DNA of 64,000 nt from an uncultured Acidobacteriaceae bacterium (GCA_963770245.1 CAVYOX010000005.1:169-64168), one strand, 5' to 3'; shown: positions 30,737 to 41,027, counted from the first letter of the stretch. Translations and numbers: made by a program. Notes: a model not told the origin generated them from the letters alone.

Positions 30737-31552
30737 TTGATTTCGCAGAGAGCCGGCATAGCACTGTTGCTGATGCTGGCAGTCCTAGTCGCTCTGATCG
30801 GTCTATTCCTGCCACCGACTCCGCAATCGCCGGCCTACCATCGATTTGCCGATCGCCGCAGCTTTCTGGGCATCCCCAATTTTGGCGACGTGGCCTCGAA
30901 CCTCCCGTTCGCGGTGATCGGATTGTGGGGGCTCGGGTTCCTGTGGCGATCGAACTCCGGCCGGGCGGTTCAACCTTTTCTCGATGCACGAGAACGCTGG
31001 CCTTATCTCCTGGTTTTTGTCGGATTGATCCTGACCGCGTTTGGCTCCTCCTACTATCACCTGAGTCCGAGCAATCAGAGGCTGGTGTGGGACAGACTGC
31101 CCATGACGATCGTGTTCATGTCGATGGTGGCAGCGGTCATCGCCGAGCGTGTCAGTGTAAGCGCTGGTCTCTGGCTGTTGCCGCTACTCATGCTCGTTGG
31201 CATGGGGAGCGTCTTCGCGTGGTACATGAGCGAACTGCGCGGAACCGGCGACTTGCGTCTGTATGCCGCCGTGCAGGTGTATTCGGCCTTGGTCCTGCTG
31301 GTCGCAGTTCTGCTGCCGCCGCGCTACACTCGGGGATCTGATTTGGTGGTCGTGGTGGGTTGCTATATCCTTGCGAAACTCCTCGAACTTCTCGACCAGC
31401 CGATCTTCGACGCTGAACACCTGATCAGCGGTCACACGATGAAGCATTTGGCGGCGGCGGCCGCCGGCTATTGGATCCTGCGCTCGCTACAGAGGCGAAA
31501 GCCCATTTGCCGCCCAGCGTTGGCCTCTGCGATTCCACCTCGCGCTACTTGA
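30737..31552 (+). CDS. ceramidase-like (alkaline ceramidase family-like) 7-TM protein
   Basis: YHRFADRRSFLGIPNFGDVASNLPF, YYHLSPSNQRLVWDRLPMT and ISGHTMKHL resemble conserved His/Asp-containing blocks of the ceramidase family. Recognised from memory only. Confidence 0.45.
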   Translation: MISQRAGIALLLMLAVLVALIGLFLPPTPQSPAYHRFADRRSFLGIPNFGDVASNLPFAVIGLWGLGFLWRSNSGRAVQPFLDARERWPYLLVFVGLILTAFGSSYYHLSPSNQRLVWDRLPMTIVFMSMVAAVIAERVSVSAGLWLLPLLMLVGMGSVFAWYMSELRGTGDLRLYAAVQVYSALVLLVAVLLPPRYTRGSDLVVVVGCYILAKLLELLDQPIFDAEHLISGHTMKHLAAAAAGYWILRSLQRRKPICRPALASAIPPRAT

Positions 31553-32447
31553 CATATTGGCCGTTGTGCACTTCATACTCCACCCGGAACGGCTTCTGCA
31601 TCTGCCGGTCCTGCCAACCCTCTTCGACGATCAGCCGATTGGCCTGCGCCAGGCGTTCCGACGTCAGAGGGTGCGAGCGGAAATAGCCCTCGAGGCTCTG
31701 CCGCGCCAGCTCCGAGAGTTCCTCTTCCGGGCTGTTCGCCTGCACCGCGGGTTCGCGATGCAACTTGGCGAACTCCTCAAACAAACCGACGGCGCCGTAA
31801 GGCGAGTCGCCGTTCAAAACCGCCAGGCGCATGCCTTCTCGATCGGCTTCGAGTTCCTCATCCTTGCTGTAGCCCGCTTCCCAGACTTCGAGTGGGATCT
31901 CGAGGACCGCCCCCACCAGGTCGAGTTTCAGATGGCGCAGCCTGGCCTCGATTTGCACACGTTCGGCGCAGTGGTAATGATCGATGTGTTCGACCTCGTG
32001 CCCAATGACGAACGCGAGTTCATCTTGGCTGGTCATCAAATCGAGCAGCCCCTCGCTCACATAGACAGGACCGCCCGGCAGCGAGAAGGCATTCATCACG
32101 GCGCGGTTCGGCAGAAGATGAAAGGAGTATGGCAAACGGCGATGGGCGTGCAAAACCACGCGATCGCCGACCCGTTGCATGTAACCCTCGAGAGCCTGCT
32201 GTTCCGGGCTGAGTTTCCCCACAGCGACCGAGTATTGCCCGGCCAGCTGTTGGCCGATCCTGATCTCTTCGTCGTCAGCAAGGCGGGTAAAACGCATGGG
32301 GACTCGGCTGAGATCGCGCTGGGCATCGGCCGCCAGGTCAACGACGGCATTGGCGGACACCAAGGCAGGCTGAGGCCGGCGCTGACTGAAGTAAAGCGCA
32401 GTGACACCGACCGCGAGCACAACCAGAAAAGCGATGGCACGTCTCAT
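31545..32447 (-). CDS. M48 family zinc metallopeptidase
   Basis: HEXXH in FVIGHEVEHIDHYH. N-terminal TM MRRAIAFLVVLAVGVTALYF. Its ATG overlaps the upstream stop (ATGA at 32444-32447). Confidence 0.8.
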   Translation of the reverse strand: MRRAIAFLVVLAVGVTALYFSQRRPQPALVSANAVVDLAADAQRDLSRVPMRFTRLADDEEIRIGQQLAGQYSVAVGKLSPEQQALEGYMQRVGDRVVLHAHRRLPYSFHLLPNRAVMNAFSLPGGPVYVSEGLLDLMTSQDELAFVIGHEVEHIDHYHCAERVQIEARLRHLKLDLVGAVLEIPLEVWEAGYSKDEELEADREGMRLAVLNGDSPYGAVGLFEEFAKLHREPAVQANSPEEELSELARQSLEGYFRSHPLTSERLAQANRLIVEEGWQDRQMQKPFRVEYEVHNGQYVK

Positions 32448-35400
32448 AAGAATTGACGAATGGCTTCGCGATACTTGCTGTACAGGAACGACACCAGCAA
32501 TAACGCCATCCCGAGAATAATGAAGGTGATGTAGCGGTCCCGCGGCGCCAGGCCCCAGGCGTCCATCAGCAGCACCTTGCCCACACAAAGCAACAGAAGG
32601 CCGAGGCCGGTCAGCCGAAAGCTGCGTTCCCCGACGGCCAGTGCCAGGAGCACGATCAGTACGCCTTCGATTCCCCACCCGACGGTCACCATGCCGGCGC
32701 GCATTTTCAAGGCCAGCATGAGGGTGAGCAAAAGCACCGGGGCAAAGAACAGGACCTGTTCCGGGTGCCCGACGAATCGATCGATTATGAGGTTCGACCG
32801 AGTCTGGCCGGGGTGGCGATCGCGCAGGCGAAAGGCGAAAGGCAGGCAGGCCAGCAGGATCGCGATGGCCGAGCCCAGAACAAAATATCTTCCGCTCCAG
32901 TCCCCGGCGCTGAAATAACTGGCCCCAAAAAGATTGTGCATCACGCCCCGCACCGCGACGCCCGATGTCAGAAGCAATCCCTGATGCAAAAAGATGGGCC
33001 GGTCGAGCCCAAGAGCCGTTCCGAGCAACCCAAAGACCACGCCGGCCCATGCGCTCGCCAGCCAATCGTTCGGAAACTGGAAATACAAAAGAGCTACCAC
33101 CGTGCCCGTGCCCAGATACCCGACCAGCGTATCGAAATACCAACGGCGGTCATCCCCGGCCCCCTGATCCTCGGGACCGAGCTGGGCATAGACAAAGAAG
33201 AGGATGAGCGTAATCGGCAGCACGGTATAGATCCGCGGCCCCCAGAATTCGCCCGGATTTCCCGCCGTCAGATTCACAAAGAAGATCCGCCCGAATGCCG
33301 CGGCCAGCGCCATGTAAGCCTGGAATCGGAACTGTCTGACATTGCGCCAGAGGCCATATTCAAACAGCACCAGGCCAAACACGGCCCACCCGACGGCCAC
33401 ACTCAGAGGCTGCAACTCATACCACAGGAGGAGCGAAACCAAAGTCGACGCCGCCCAGGAATAGAGATGGTGGAACTCCCGCGCCCGCCACTCGTCCGGC
33501 ATGCGGATCAGCCGCGACAGCGCGTAAAGCACGACCGCGACGATCGAGACTGAGAGCAGGCGAACGCTGATGCCGTGCCAGGTGTCGGTGACATAGAGAT
33601 TCACACTTACGCTGCGCAGCATGGTGAGCGCCGCGAGGGCATGGGCCTGCCATCTCAGATCCTCCAGCTCAAAACGGCGGTCGATGAGCGCGAGCACGAG
33701 GGCAAAAAGCGCCCATACCGCCGCCAGCCAGCCTCCGGGTGCTTCATGCCAGGCCAAAAGGGCAAGCAAAGCCGTCGCCGCCGAGGTATGGAGGTAAGAA
33801 ACCGCACGGCTCGATTCGGAGTCCGAAGCAAGGGCTTGGCGGGAGAGAGAATAGAGTCCCGCGGCCACCAATGAAATCGTAACCAGGCGCAGAGAAACAC
33901 CCGACCAAAGCGGTTGCTCGAGCGCCAGGTTGAAACTGTAGGCTCTTACCAGAGCGCACACCGCCACCGCATTCGCCTGCCATGCCAGCTGCCGGTAGGC
34001 AATCCGGCGCATGACCAGCGCAAGCACGACCGCAAACCCGACCCAGGACACCGCGATCCAGGCCGGGGGCACCGCCTCGTTGAGCACCCAGGTCATCAGC
34101 CCGCTCGCCACCCAGGTATAAGCAACCCGCCCCCAGTCGCGGTGAGTCAGGCTGGGCAGACGGATTCGCCGCGCAATCCAATAGGCCCCCGCGACCACCG
34201 GCAAGGCCCCACAGGCATGGAGCGGGATGTCATGCCAGCGTTCCAGGCCGGATGAATCCGCGGTGACCGCAGCCAGCACCGCCAGGCCGGTTAGCAAGTG
34301 TGCGTGCCAGGTCAGCGCGTGATATTCGATCCACCGCCCCACCTCGACCAGCAGCACGGCGAAAGCGATCGCCGCCAAGGGCTGCCATAGTTCCGGAACC
34401 TCGTAGTAGATGAGCGCGGCAACCAGCCCCGTGCCGGCGGCGGCAAACAGCCCACGGAAGGTTCGTTGATCTAGGTCTTCCCGCACCGCGGCCCAGTGGG
34501 CGGTGAGATAGAAGCCGGCGGCGATCAACGGCAAACTGATTTGCCGCGTCCGCAGGTGGGTGTATGGCGGGAGGTCACTATGCAAATTGACGCCCATCAC
34601 CCGATACAAACTCAGCAGGCCGAGCAGGCCGTACTGCACTTGCAAGTGGAAAGACTTCAGCTTTCGCCCGAGGAATGCCAAGGTCGCCATGATTAGGGCG
34701 AAGGCAACCGCGGTCCAGTCTCCCGAGCACACCGCCCAGGCCGCCGAGGCGGCGGCGAATCCTCCGACGTAAGAGTGTGCATCGAGCAACGGCTGATCGC
34801 GGGAACCCCCAAAGAACCGGCGATAACGCTGGCCCACCGACAGCGCGTTCCCGTAAAAGACCGCGGCACACAAACCGAACATGACTCCGGCGGCGAGCAC
34901 CAGCTCTTCGCCGGTGCGCCGGGCCGAGATCAGTTGCGGAAAATCAATTGCGGCTAGATGCACGCCCACAAGCAGCCCGGCGTAGAGTCCCAACCGTCGG
35001 AACACCACTTCGTCCATCACCAGGCCGGCGGCGAGAAAAGCTTCGGCGCCGATCAACCACAAGATGGCGACGTTGTTGCCGGAATAGCGGAACGGGACGG
35101 CCGCCATCATGAGCGCGCCGCCGAGAACGCTCAGCACAACGAAGGCTTCACGGCGCCGCCGGATGATTGGCAGTTGCCCAATGCTGAACTCGATCGCCCC
35201 CATGACGAGAAGGGCGAGAAACGCCAAGTCCGGACGCACGGACTGGAACTTCATCGCTCCGAGCAGCAGCAATGGATTGAGCAGAGCCGCTGCCGTCGAC
35301 CAATGTTCCTCAACCGGAGTCCTGGTCTTGCGGACCACATACGAAATTCGATAGGTCAGCCAATAGAACAGCAGGAGGGCAGTGCTGGCGTAATACTCGG

Positions 35401-36709
35401 GAAACGCGTGCCCCCGTGCGCCTTCGGCCCCGAGCAGCCGATACAGCCAGTAAACGTGATTGAGATAGCTTGACAATATGCCGAAAACTTCGAGTTCGAA
35501 CCATCCCATTCTTATGACGATGCCGACCAGTCCGACGGCCAGAACTACGCCTGAAGAGAGACTGTAGACGTCGTCATGACTGAGCGCGACGGTGCTATAG
35601 GCCAATAAGAAGGCCAGTCCGGTGACCAGCTGCGAGCGATAACCGAGCGTATGCACGACCATGGCGAGCGCCACTCCCAGCATGAGTATGAGATCGGTGT
35701 TTTCCGAGCTCAGCACTCGCATGGCTCCGACGTGATTCAAGGCATAGGTGGTGAAAAACAGAAGCGCCCATCCACCCCCGATCAGCGTGTGACCCAGCAC
35801 GCGGTAGCGCTCGCGCTTCTCGAGAAAGATTCCCCCGCCAAGCAGCGCCCATGAGACCAGGTAAGAAAGCCCCACCTTGCCGAGCGGGCCAAGCTGACCG
35901 AGTTCGTAAATACCAAAAAGTGCAACTCCCAGCACGAGGATGATGATGCCGAGCTTGTTCAGCCAATTGATTCCGAGCGTTTCTTCGAGCGCGAACACCG
36001 ACTTCATGCGCTGCTCGGCGGTCGGCCGGAGTGCGGAAGAGCGGAGCGTGGCAAACTGCGGCGGCTGGGCGAGGCGAGCGGACGGCGGAAGCTGAACCGC
36101 TGAGGGGGGAGTGTAGGGCGACGGAGGTCGTGCCGGCGGTAGGCCCGAGGCGGGAGGCGGCATTGGTTCTGGTCTCTCGGTTGGAACCGGGGGCAGCGGA
36201 GGCTTAGACGGCGGCAGGGCGGCGGGAGGTGGCACCGGTTTCTGCTCGATCGCGGGAGCGGGCAGAGATGGTTTCCTCGCGACGGATTCATCGGCTTTCG
36301 CCGGGGTCGCGATCCCCCGCTCGCGCGTCTCGGGAGCCGCCACCCCCGGTATCTTGCTCGCGTCCGGTGAAGCAGGTCGGACCGAAGTCGGCTCGGTCGG
36401 CATAGGAGCTGCGGGCGCCACCGCTCGAGCGGGCTTTTCAGCCGGGGCCGGGACGACCGAATGAACGGAGGGCGGCGCCTCAACCGGAAGGGGTGCCGCG
36501 CGATCCGCGGTCGCGAGGGATGCCGCCACTTGCCGCTTCAATTCCAGAAGCTCACGCCGCAACCCGTCATTCAACTCCATGCTCAGCTCAGTGAGGGTTG
36601 TGAGTTGCTGGCGAAGCTTACCCTGCCGCCAGAACAGGAAGATGGTCAACGGCGGGGTGGCGATGGCTAACAATGCGAACAGTACGAGTATGAGCTCCAC
36701 GATTGGCAC
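32444..36709 (-). CDS. giant polytopic membrane protein, DUF2339-like
   Basis: 1421 aa. N-terminal TM, a coiled segment, about 150 aa of Pro/Ala-rich linker, then dozens of TM helices. Confidence 0.65.
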   Translation of the reverse strand: MPIVELILVLFALLAIATPPLTIFLFWRQGKLRQQLTTLTELSMELNDGLRRELLELKRQVAASLATADRAAPLPVEAPPSVHSVVPAPAEKPARAVAPAAPMPTEPTSVRPASPDASKIPGVAAPETRERGIATPAKADESVARKPSLPAPAIEQKPVPPPAALPPSKPPLPPVPTERPEPMPPPASGLPPARPPSPYTPPSAVQLPPSARLAQPPQFATLRSSALRPTAEQRMKSVFALEETLGINWLNKLGIIILVLGVALFGIYELGQLGPLGKVGLSYLVSWALLGGGIFLEKRERYRVLGHTLIGGGWALLFFTTYALNHVGAMRVLSSENTDLILMLGVALAMVVHTLGYRSQLVTGLAFLLAYSTVALSHDDVYSLSSGVVLAVGLVGIVIRMGWFELEVFGILSSYLNHVYWLYRLLGAEGARGHAFPEYYASTALLLFYWLTYRISYVVRKTRTPVEEHWSTAAALLNPLLLLGAMKFQSVRPDLAFLALLVMGAIEFSIGQLPIIRRRREAFVVLSVLGGALMMAAVPFRYSGNNVAILWLIGAEAFLAAGLVMDEVVFRRLGLYAGLLVGVHLAAIDFPQLISARRTGEELVLAAGVMFGLCAAVFYGNALSVGQRYRRFFGGSRDQPLLDAHSYVGGFAAASAAWAVCSGDWTAVAFALIMATLAFLGRKLKSFHLQVQYGLLGLLSLYRVMGVNLHSDLPPYTHLRTRQISLPLIAAGFYLTAHWAAVREDLDQRTFRGLFAAAGTGLVAALIYYEVPELWQPLAAIAFAVLLVEVGRWIEYHALTWHAHLLTGLAVLAAVTADSSGLERWHDIPLHACGALPVVAGAYWIARRIRLPSLTHRDWGRVAYTWVASGLMTWVLNEAVPPAWIAVSWVGFAVVLALVMRRIAYRQLAWQANAVAVCALVRAYSFNLALEQPLWSGVSLRLVTISLVAAGLYSLSRQALASDSESSRAVSYLHTSAATALLALLAWHEAPGGWLAAVWALFALVLALIDRRFELEDLRWQAHALAALTMLRSVSVNLYVTDTWHGISVRLLSVSIVAVVLYALSRLIRMPDEWRAREFHHLYSWAASTLVSLLLWYELQPLSVAVGWAVFGLVLFEYGLWRNVRQFRFQAYMALAAAFGRIFFVNLTAGNPGEFWGPRIYTVLPITLILFFVYAQLGPEDQGAGDDRRWYFDTLVGYLGTGTVVALLYFQFPNDWLASAWAGVVFGLLGTALGLDRPIFLHQGLLLTSGVAVRGVMHNLFGASYFSAGDWSGRYFVLGSAIAILLACLPFAFRLRDRHPGQTRSNLIIDRFVGHPEQVLFFAPVLLLTLMLALKMRAGMVTVGWGIEGVLIVLLALAVGERSFRLTGLGLLLLCVGKVLLMDAWGLAPRDRYITFIILGMALLLVSFLYSKYREAIRQFL

Positions 36710-36909
36710 TCTCCCCCGTATGTACGTGATGCCGCGGCCTTACATAGTAGAACGCGAGTGCAGGTTCGTCTTGCACTTTATTTTCCCTGCAAACCCGGAA
36801 GTAACTACCGTTCTCTCGGTGTAACTGGAAGCGCGACCGGCTTCATGACAAGATGTCGGGAATTCGAAGACCGACAGGCTGCGTGCCTGCACACCCCTAA
36901 TGAGCGAAT

Positions 36910-39900
36910 ATGAGCGAATCTGCGGCCGCGACGGTGGTTGAGATCTCAGAAAAGGAAACGAATCAGCCTCGAGCGGAGAACACCCCGGCCCCGGCCTGGC
37001 GGCGCGGGTTTGGGTCTTTGGTCATCACCCAATTCCAGGGCGCGTTCAACGAAAACGGCCTGAAGAACCTGGTGGTTTTCCTCATCCTCGGGATGGCCAT
37101 GCAAAAGGCCGACCGGGATCGCCTCGTCCTGGTCGTCGGAACTTTATTCTCCGTGCCCTTCATCCTATTCTCGATGACGGGTGGTTTTCTCGCCGATCGT
37201 TACAGCAAACGCACGGTCACGATCGGAACCAAGTTCTTCGAAATGGCGGTGATGCTCCTGGCGATCGCCGCACTGGGCTGGGAGAACCTGCATCTGGAAA
37301 TGGCCGCTGTCTTTCTGGCCAGCACGCAAGCGGCGCTATTCGGTCCCGCGAAGTACGGGCTGCTGCCGGAACTGCTGCCCGAGCCCAAACTCTCCTGGGG
37401 CAACGGGGTTCTCGAACTCGGCACCTTTCTGGCGGTGATTGCCGGAGGCGTCTCTGGCGCCTTTCTGGCCGACATTTTTCACGCTCGCGAACAGTGGTCG
37501 GGTCTGGTCTTTTTGGGTCTGTCTTTGATCGGATTGCTCTTTAGCCTGGGAATCACGAAAGTTCCCGCCGCCGATCCCGCGAAGAAATTCCGCGCCAACC
37601 CAATTGGCGATTTGTGGGTGCAGGGCCGCCTGATCCGGAAGGATCGAGTTCTTTGGCTCGCGGTGCTCGGTAACACCTATTTCTGGCTTCTCGCCGCCTT
37701 GCTGACCGCGAACATTGTGTTCTATGGCAGCGACGTGCTGCACATCAGTTCGACGCGCACCGGCATTCTTCAGGCCGCCGTCGCGATTGGCATCGGGCTC
37801 GGCAGCCTGACTGCGGGTTATCTTTCGGGTGGCAAGGTCGAGTATGGATTAATTCCCCTGGGCTCGGTCGGCATGACCGTGTTCGGGGTTTTGCTCTCCG
37901 CACCGAACCTTTCCTTCGCCGCCGTTTTGTGGCGGCTCGCGGCCCTCGGATTCTCAGCTGGTTTCTTTGCTGTACCGGTGAACGCGCTCATTCAGCACCG
38001 CCCCGATGAAAAGGTCAAAGGCGGGGTCATCGCCGCCGCCAATCTGCTCTCTTTTGTCGGCATCGGGGGCGCGGCCGGCCTCTATTACGTCTTCCAGCAC
38101 TACTACCACTTCAGCCCCCCGAAGATCTTTCTTTCGGTTTCCCTGCTCACCGTCCTGGCCACAGTCTATGTGCTCTACCTGCTGCCCGATGCCCTGCTGC
38201 GGCTCTTGTTGTGGATCGCGACCCATACCTTGTATCGCATCCATCTCGCAGGCCGTGACCATGTTCCTGCCAAGGGCGGCGCTCTGCTGGTCTCGAACCA
38301 TGTTTCGATGGTGGATGCGGTCCTGCTGCTCGCCTCGGTTGACCGTCCGATTCGTTTCCTCATGTTTCAGGGTTCCTATGATCACCCGCTGGTAAAGCCA
38401 TTCGCCAAGATCATGAAGGTGATCCCGATTTCCTCCCAGCTTCGTCCTCGCGAGATGATCCAGTCCTTGCGCACCGCCACCGAAGCCTTGCAGAACGGCG
38501 AGATCGTGTGCATCTTCCCCGAAGGTCAGATGACTCGCATCGGGCAGATGCTTCCGTTCCGCCGCGGCATGGAGAGAATCATGAAAGGCGTGGAGGCGCC
38601 GATCATCCCGGTGAATCTGGGCGGCGTCTGGGGGTCCATCTTCAGCTTCGAGCGCGGGAAGTTTCTGTGGAAGCTCCCCCGAAGAATCCCTTATCCGGTG
38701 ACGGTAACCTTCGGACCAGCGATGCCCCCGACGACCGGAGCGCAAGCAGTGCGGCAAGCAACCCAAGAACTGGGCGCCGAGGCATATCAGTACCGCAAGC
38801 CCTATATGCGGCCGCTCGACCGTTCGTTCGTCGAAACCGCGCGGCGCCATCCGTTCCGCTTCGCCATGGCGGATGGCCACACCCCCAAGCTGAGCTTCGG
38901 AGGAGCCCTCAACCGGACGGTTTTTCTCGCCCGCCGCCTGCGGCGCGTCTGGTGGGACCAGTCGATGGTTGGCATCCTACTGCCGCCGTCCGTAGGGGGC
39001 GCGCTGGTCAACCTCGCTGCCCTGCTGATGGGAAAGATCCCGGTCAATCTGAACTACACCGCGTCGAACGAAATTCTGGCTTCCTGCGCCCGGCAGTGCC
39101 AGCTGAAGACCGTGATTACGTCCCGCGCTTTTCTCGAACGCGTACCCATCCAGCCGCCGGCCCAGGCCACGATGCTCGAGGATCTGGCGGCCGCGCCGGC
39201 GTGGCGGGAAAAGCTGAGCGCGGCGTTGCTCGCGTGGTTTTTGCCGCTGCGTCTGCTCGAGAAATCCGTAGGAGCGAAACGCAAGGTCAAACTCGACGAC
39301 ATCGCGACCGTCATTTTTTCGAGCGGCAGCACCGGTGACCCCAAAGGAGTCGTGTTAACCCACTACAACGTGGCTGCCAACGTTGAGCAGCTGAACCAGG
39401 TCTTCATGCTGGGGCGGCATGACAAGATCCTGGGGATCCTGCCTTTCTTTCATTCTTTCGGCTTCACCGGGACGCTGTGCTTGCCGACCAGCATTGGGAT
39501 GGGCGTCGTCTTTCATCCCAGTCCACTCGAATCACGGGCCATCGGCGCACTGGTCAGCCAATATGGCGTTACCTTCTTGCTGGCCACCCCAACCTTCTTG
39601 CAGTCCTACATCCGGCGCTGCTCTCCCGAAGACTTTGGCAGCCTGCAATACGTCATGGCCGGCGCCGAGAAACTTCCCGAGCGCGTCTCGGTGGCCTTTG
39701 AAGACCGTTTTGGGATACGTCCGCTCGAGGGCTATGGTTGCACCGAGTGCTCTCCCGCGGTCACCGTGAACACACGCGACTTCCGGGCCGCGCAGTTCCA
39801 CCAGGTGGGCGCCAAACGCGCCAGCATCGGACATCCCCTGCCGGGAATCAGTGTCCGGATCGTGAACCCGGAGACCCTCGAACCCGTGCCTCCGGGCGAA

Positions 39901-40377
39901 ACCGGTTTGCTGCTGGTGCGCGGTCCGAACGTGATGCAGGGCTACCTGAACCGTCCGGAAAAAACCGCGGAAGTCTTGCGCGATGGCTGGTACAACACCC
40001 AGGACATCGCCGCCATGGATGAGGATGGGTTCATCCGCATCACCGACCGCATGAGCCGCTTCAGCAAGATTGGCGGTGAAATGGTGCCCCATATCAAGGT
40101 CGAGGACAAGCTGCAGGAGATATGTGGCCGAACCGAACAGGTTTTCGCGGTTACCGCCCTGCCCGATGAAAAAAAGGGCGAACGCCTCATGGTGGTGCAT
40201 ACCTTGGCTCCGGACCAACTGCAGGAATGCCTGGCTCAGCTGGCCAAATCAGACTTACCGGCGCTGTGGAAACCGCGGCCCGATCAGTTTGTACGCGCGG
40301 AAGCCTTGCCCTATCTGGGCACGGGCAAGCTCGACCTGCGCCGGCTCAAAGAAATCGCGGCGGGAGCCTCGATATGA
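36910..40377 (+). CDS. tri-domain fusion: MFS lysophospholipid transporter (LplT-like), PlsC-type acyltransferase and acyl-ACP/CoA synthetase (Aas-like)
   Basis: About 400 aa of MFS N-terminus. Acyltransferase H(X4)D motif NHVSMVD. AMP-binding motif IFSSGSTGDPKGVVLTH. This matches E. coli lplT plus aas fused into one ORF. Confidence 0.85.
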   Translation: MSESAAATVVEISEKETNQPRAENTPAPAWRRGFGSLVITQFQGAFNENGLKNLVVFLILGMAMQKADRDRLVLVVGTLFSVPFILFSMTGGFLADRYSKRTVTIGTKFFEMAVMLLAIAALGWENLHLEMAAVFLASTQAALFGPAKYGLLPELLPEPKLSWGNGVLELGTFLAVIAGGVSGAFLADIFHAREQWSGLVFLGLSLIGLLFSLGITKVPAADPAKKFRANPIGDLWVQGRLIRKDRVLWLAVLGNTYFWLLAALLTANIVFYGSDVLHISSTRTGILQAAVAIGIGLGSLTAGYLSGGKVEYGLIPLGSVGMTVFGVLLSAPNLSFAAVLWRLAALGFSAGFFAVPVNALIQHRPDEKVKGGVIAAANLLSFVGIGGAAGLYYVFQHYYHFSPPKIFLSVSLLTVLATVYVLYLLPDALLRLLLWIATHTLYRIHLAGRDHVPAKGGALLVSNHVSMVDAVLLLASVDRPIRFLMFQGSYDHPLVKPFAKIMKVIPISSQLRPREMIQSLRTATEALQNGEIVCIFPEGQMTRIGQMLPFRRGMERIMKGVEAPIIPVNLGGVWGSIFSFERGKFLWKLPRRIPYPVTVTFGPAMPPTTGAQAVRQATQELGAEAYQYRKPYMRPLDRSFVETARRHPFRFAMADGHTPKLSFGGALNRTVFLARRLRRVWWDQSMVGILLPPSVGGALVNLAALLMGKIPVNLNYTASNEILASCARQCQLKTVITSRAFLERVPIQPPAQATMLEDLAAAPAWREKLSAALLAWFLPLRLLEKSVGAKRKVKLDDIATVIFSSGSTGDPKGVVLTHYNVAANVEQLNQVFMLGRHDKILGILPFFHSFGFTGTLCLPTSIGMGVVFHPSPLESRAIGALVSQYGVTFLLATPTFLQSYIRRCSPEDFGSLQYVMAGAEKLPERVSVAFEDRFGIRPLEGYGCTECSPAVTVNTRDFRAAQFHQVGAKRASIGHPLPGISVRIVNPETLEPVPPGETGLLLVRGPNVMQGYLNRPEKTAEVLRDGWYNTQDIAAMDEDGFIRITDRMSRFSKIGGEMVPHIKVEDKLQEICGRTEQVFAVTALPDEKKGERLMVVHTLAPDQLQECLAQLAKSDLPALWKPRPDQFVRAEALPYLGTGKLDLRRLKEIAAGASI

Positions 40378-41027
40378 CCGAAGCTGCACCGCCCTCGCCT
40401 GCGCGAGCGGGCTCGAAGGGGCGGGATTTCGCGCTGCGCCTGGCGGTAACCGCGGCGGCGCTCGTCGTCTGGTTCTGGACCCAGTCCTTGATCGGTGCGC
40501 GCACCCTCCCGGACGCCGGCATCGGCGATCGCTTGCTCTCAGCCACCGGCCCGGCCAATCTTTACTTGCATGCCCACCCGTCGGCGGCCAATGCGCTCCT
40601 GATGGTGAGTTCTGGAATCATCGATCTGCTGGGCATTTTTCTTTTGTCGAAGTGGATTTTCGGAGGTTCGGTCCGGCCATTCCTGGGATTGGTGTTCGTG
40701 CTTGGCATGCGGCAGGTCATGCAGGGGTTGGTGGCGCTGCCCGCTCCCCCGAATGCCATTTGGCACGATCCCGGCTTCCCCTCTTTGCTCGTCACCTACA
40801 GCGTGGCCAATGATTATTTCTTCTCCGGGCATACGGCGATCGCAGTTTTGGGAGCTACCGAGATGGCCTGCTTCGGGCGGCGGTGGCTGACCGCGCTGGG
40901 GGTTGCGGTGGTGATTTTCGAAGTCCTGACTGTACTGGTCCTTCGGGCGCATTACACCATGGATGTCTTCACCGGCCTGGTGACCGGGCTCTATGCGGCG
41001 CGCCTGGCGGAGCAGATTTCGAGCTGA
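40374..41027 (+). CDS. PAP2_C / sphingomyelin-synthase-like membrane protein
   Basis: Motifs DYFFSGHTAIAV and HYTMDVFTG (SGHT and HYTxDV blocks). ATGA overlap with the upstream fusion gene. Confidence 0.55.
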   Translation: MTEAAPPSPARAGSKGRDFALRLAVTAAALVVWFWTQSLIGARTLPDAGIGDRLLSATGPANLYLHAHPSAANALLMVSSGIIDLLGIFLLSKWIFGGSVRPFLGLVFVLGMRQVMQGLVALPAPPNAIWHDPGFPSLLVTYSVANDYFFSGHTAIAVLGATEMACFGRRWLTALGVAVVIFEVLTVLVLRAHYTMDVFTGLVTGLYAARLAEQISS

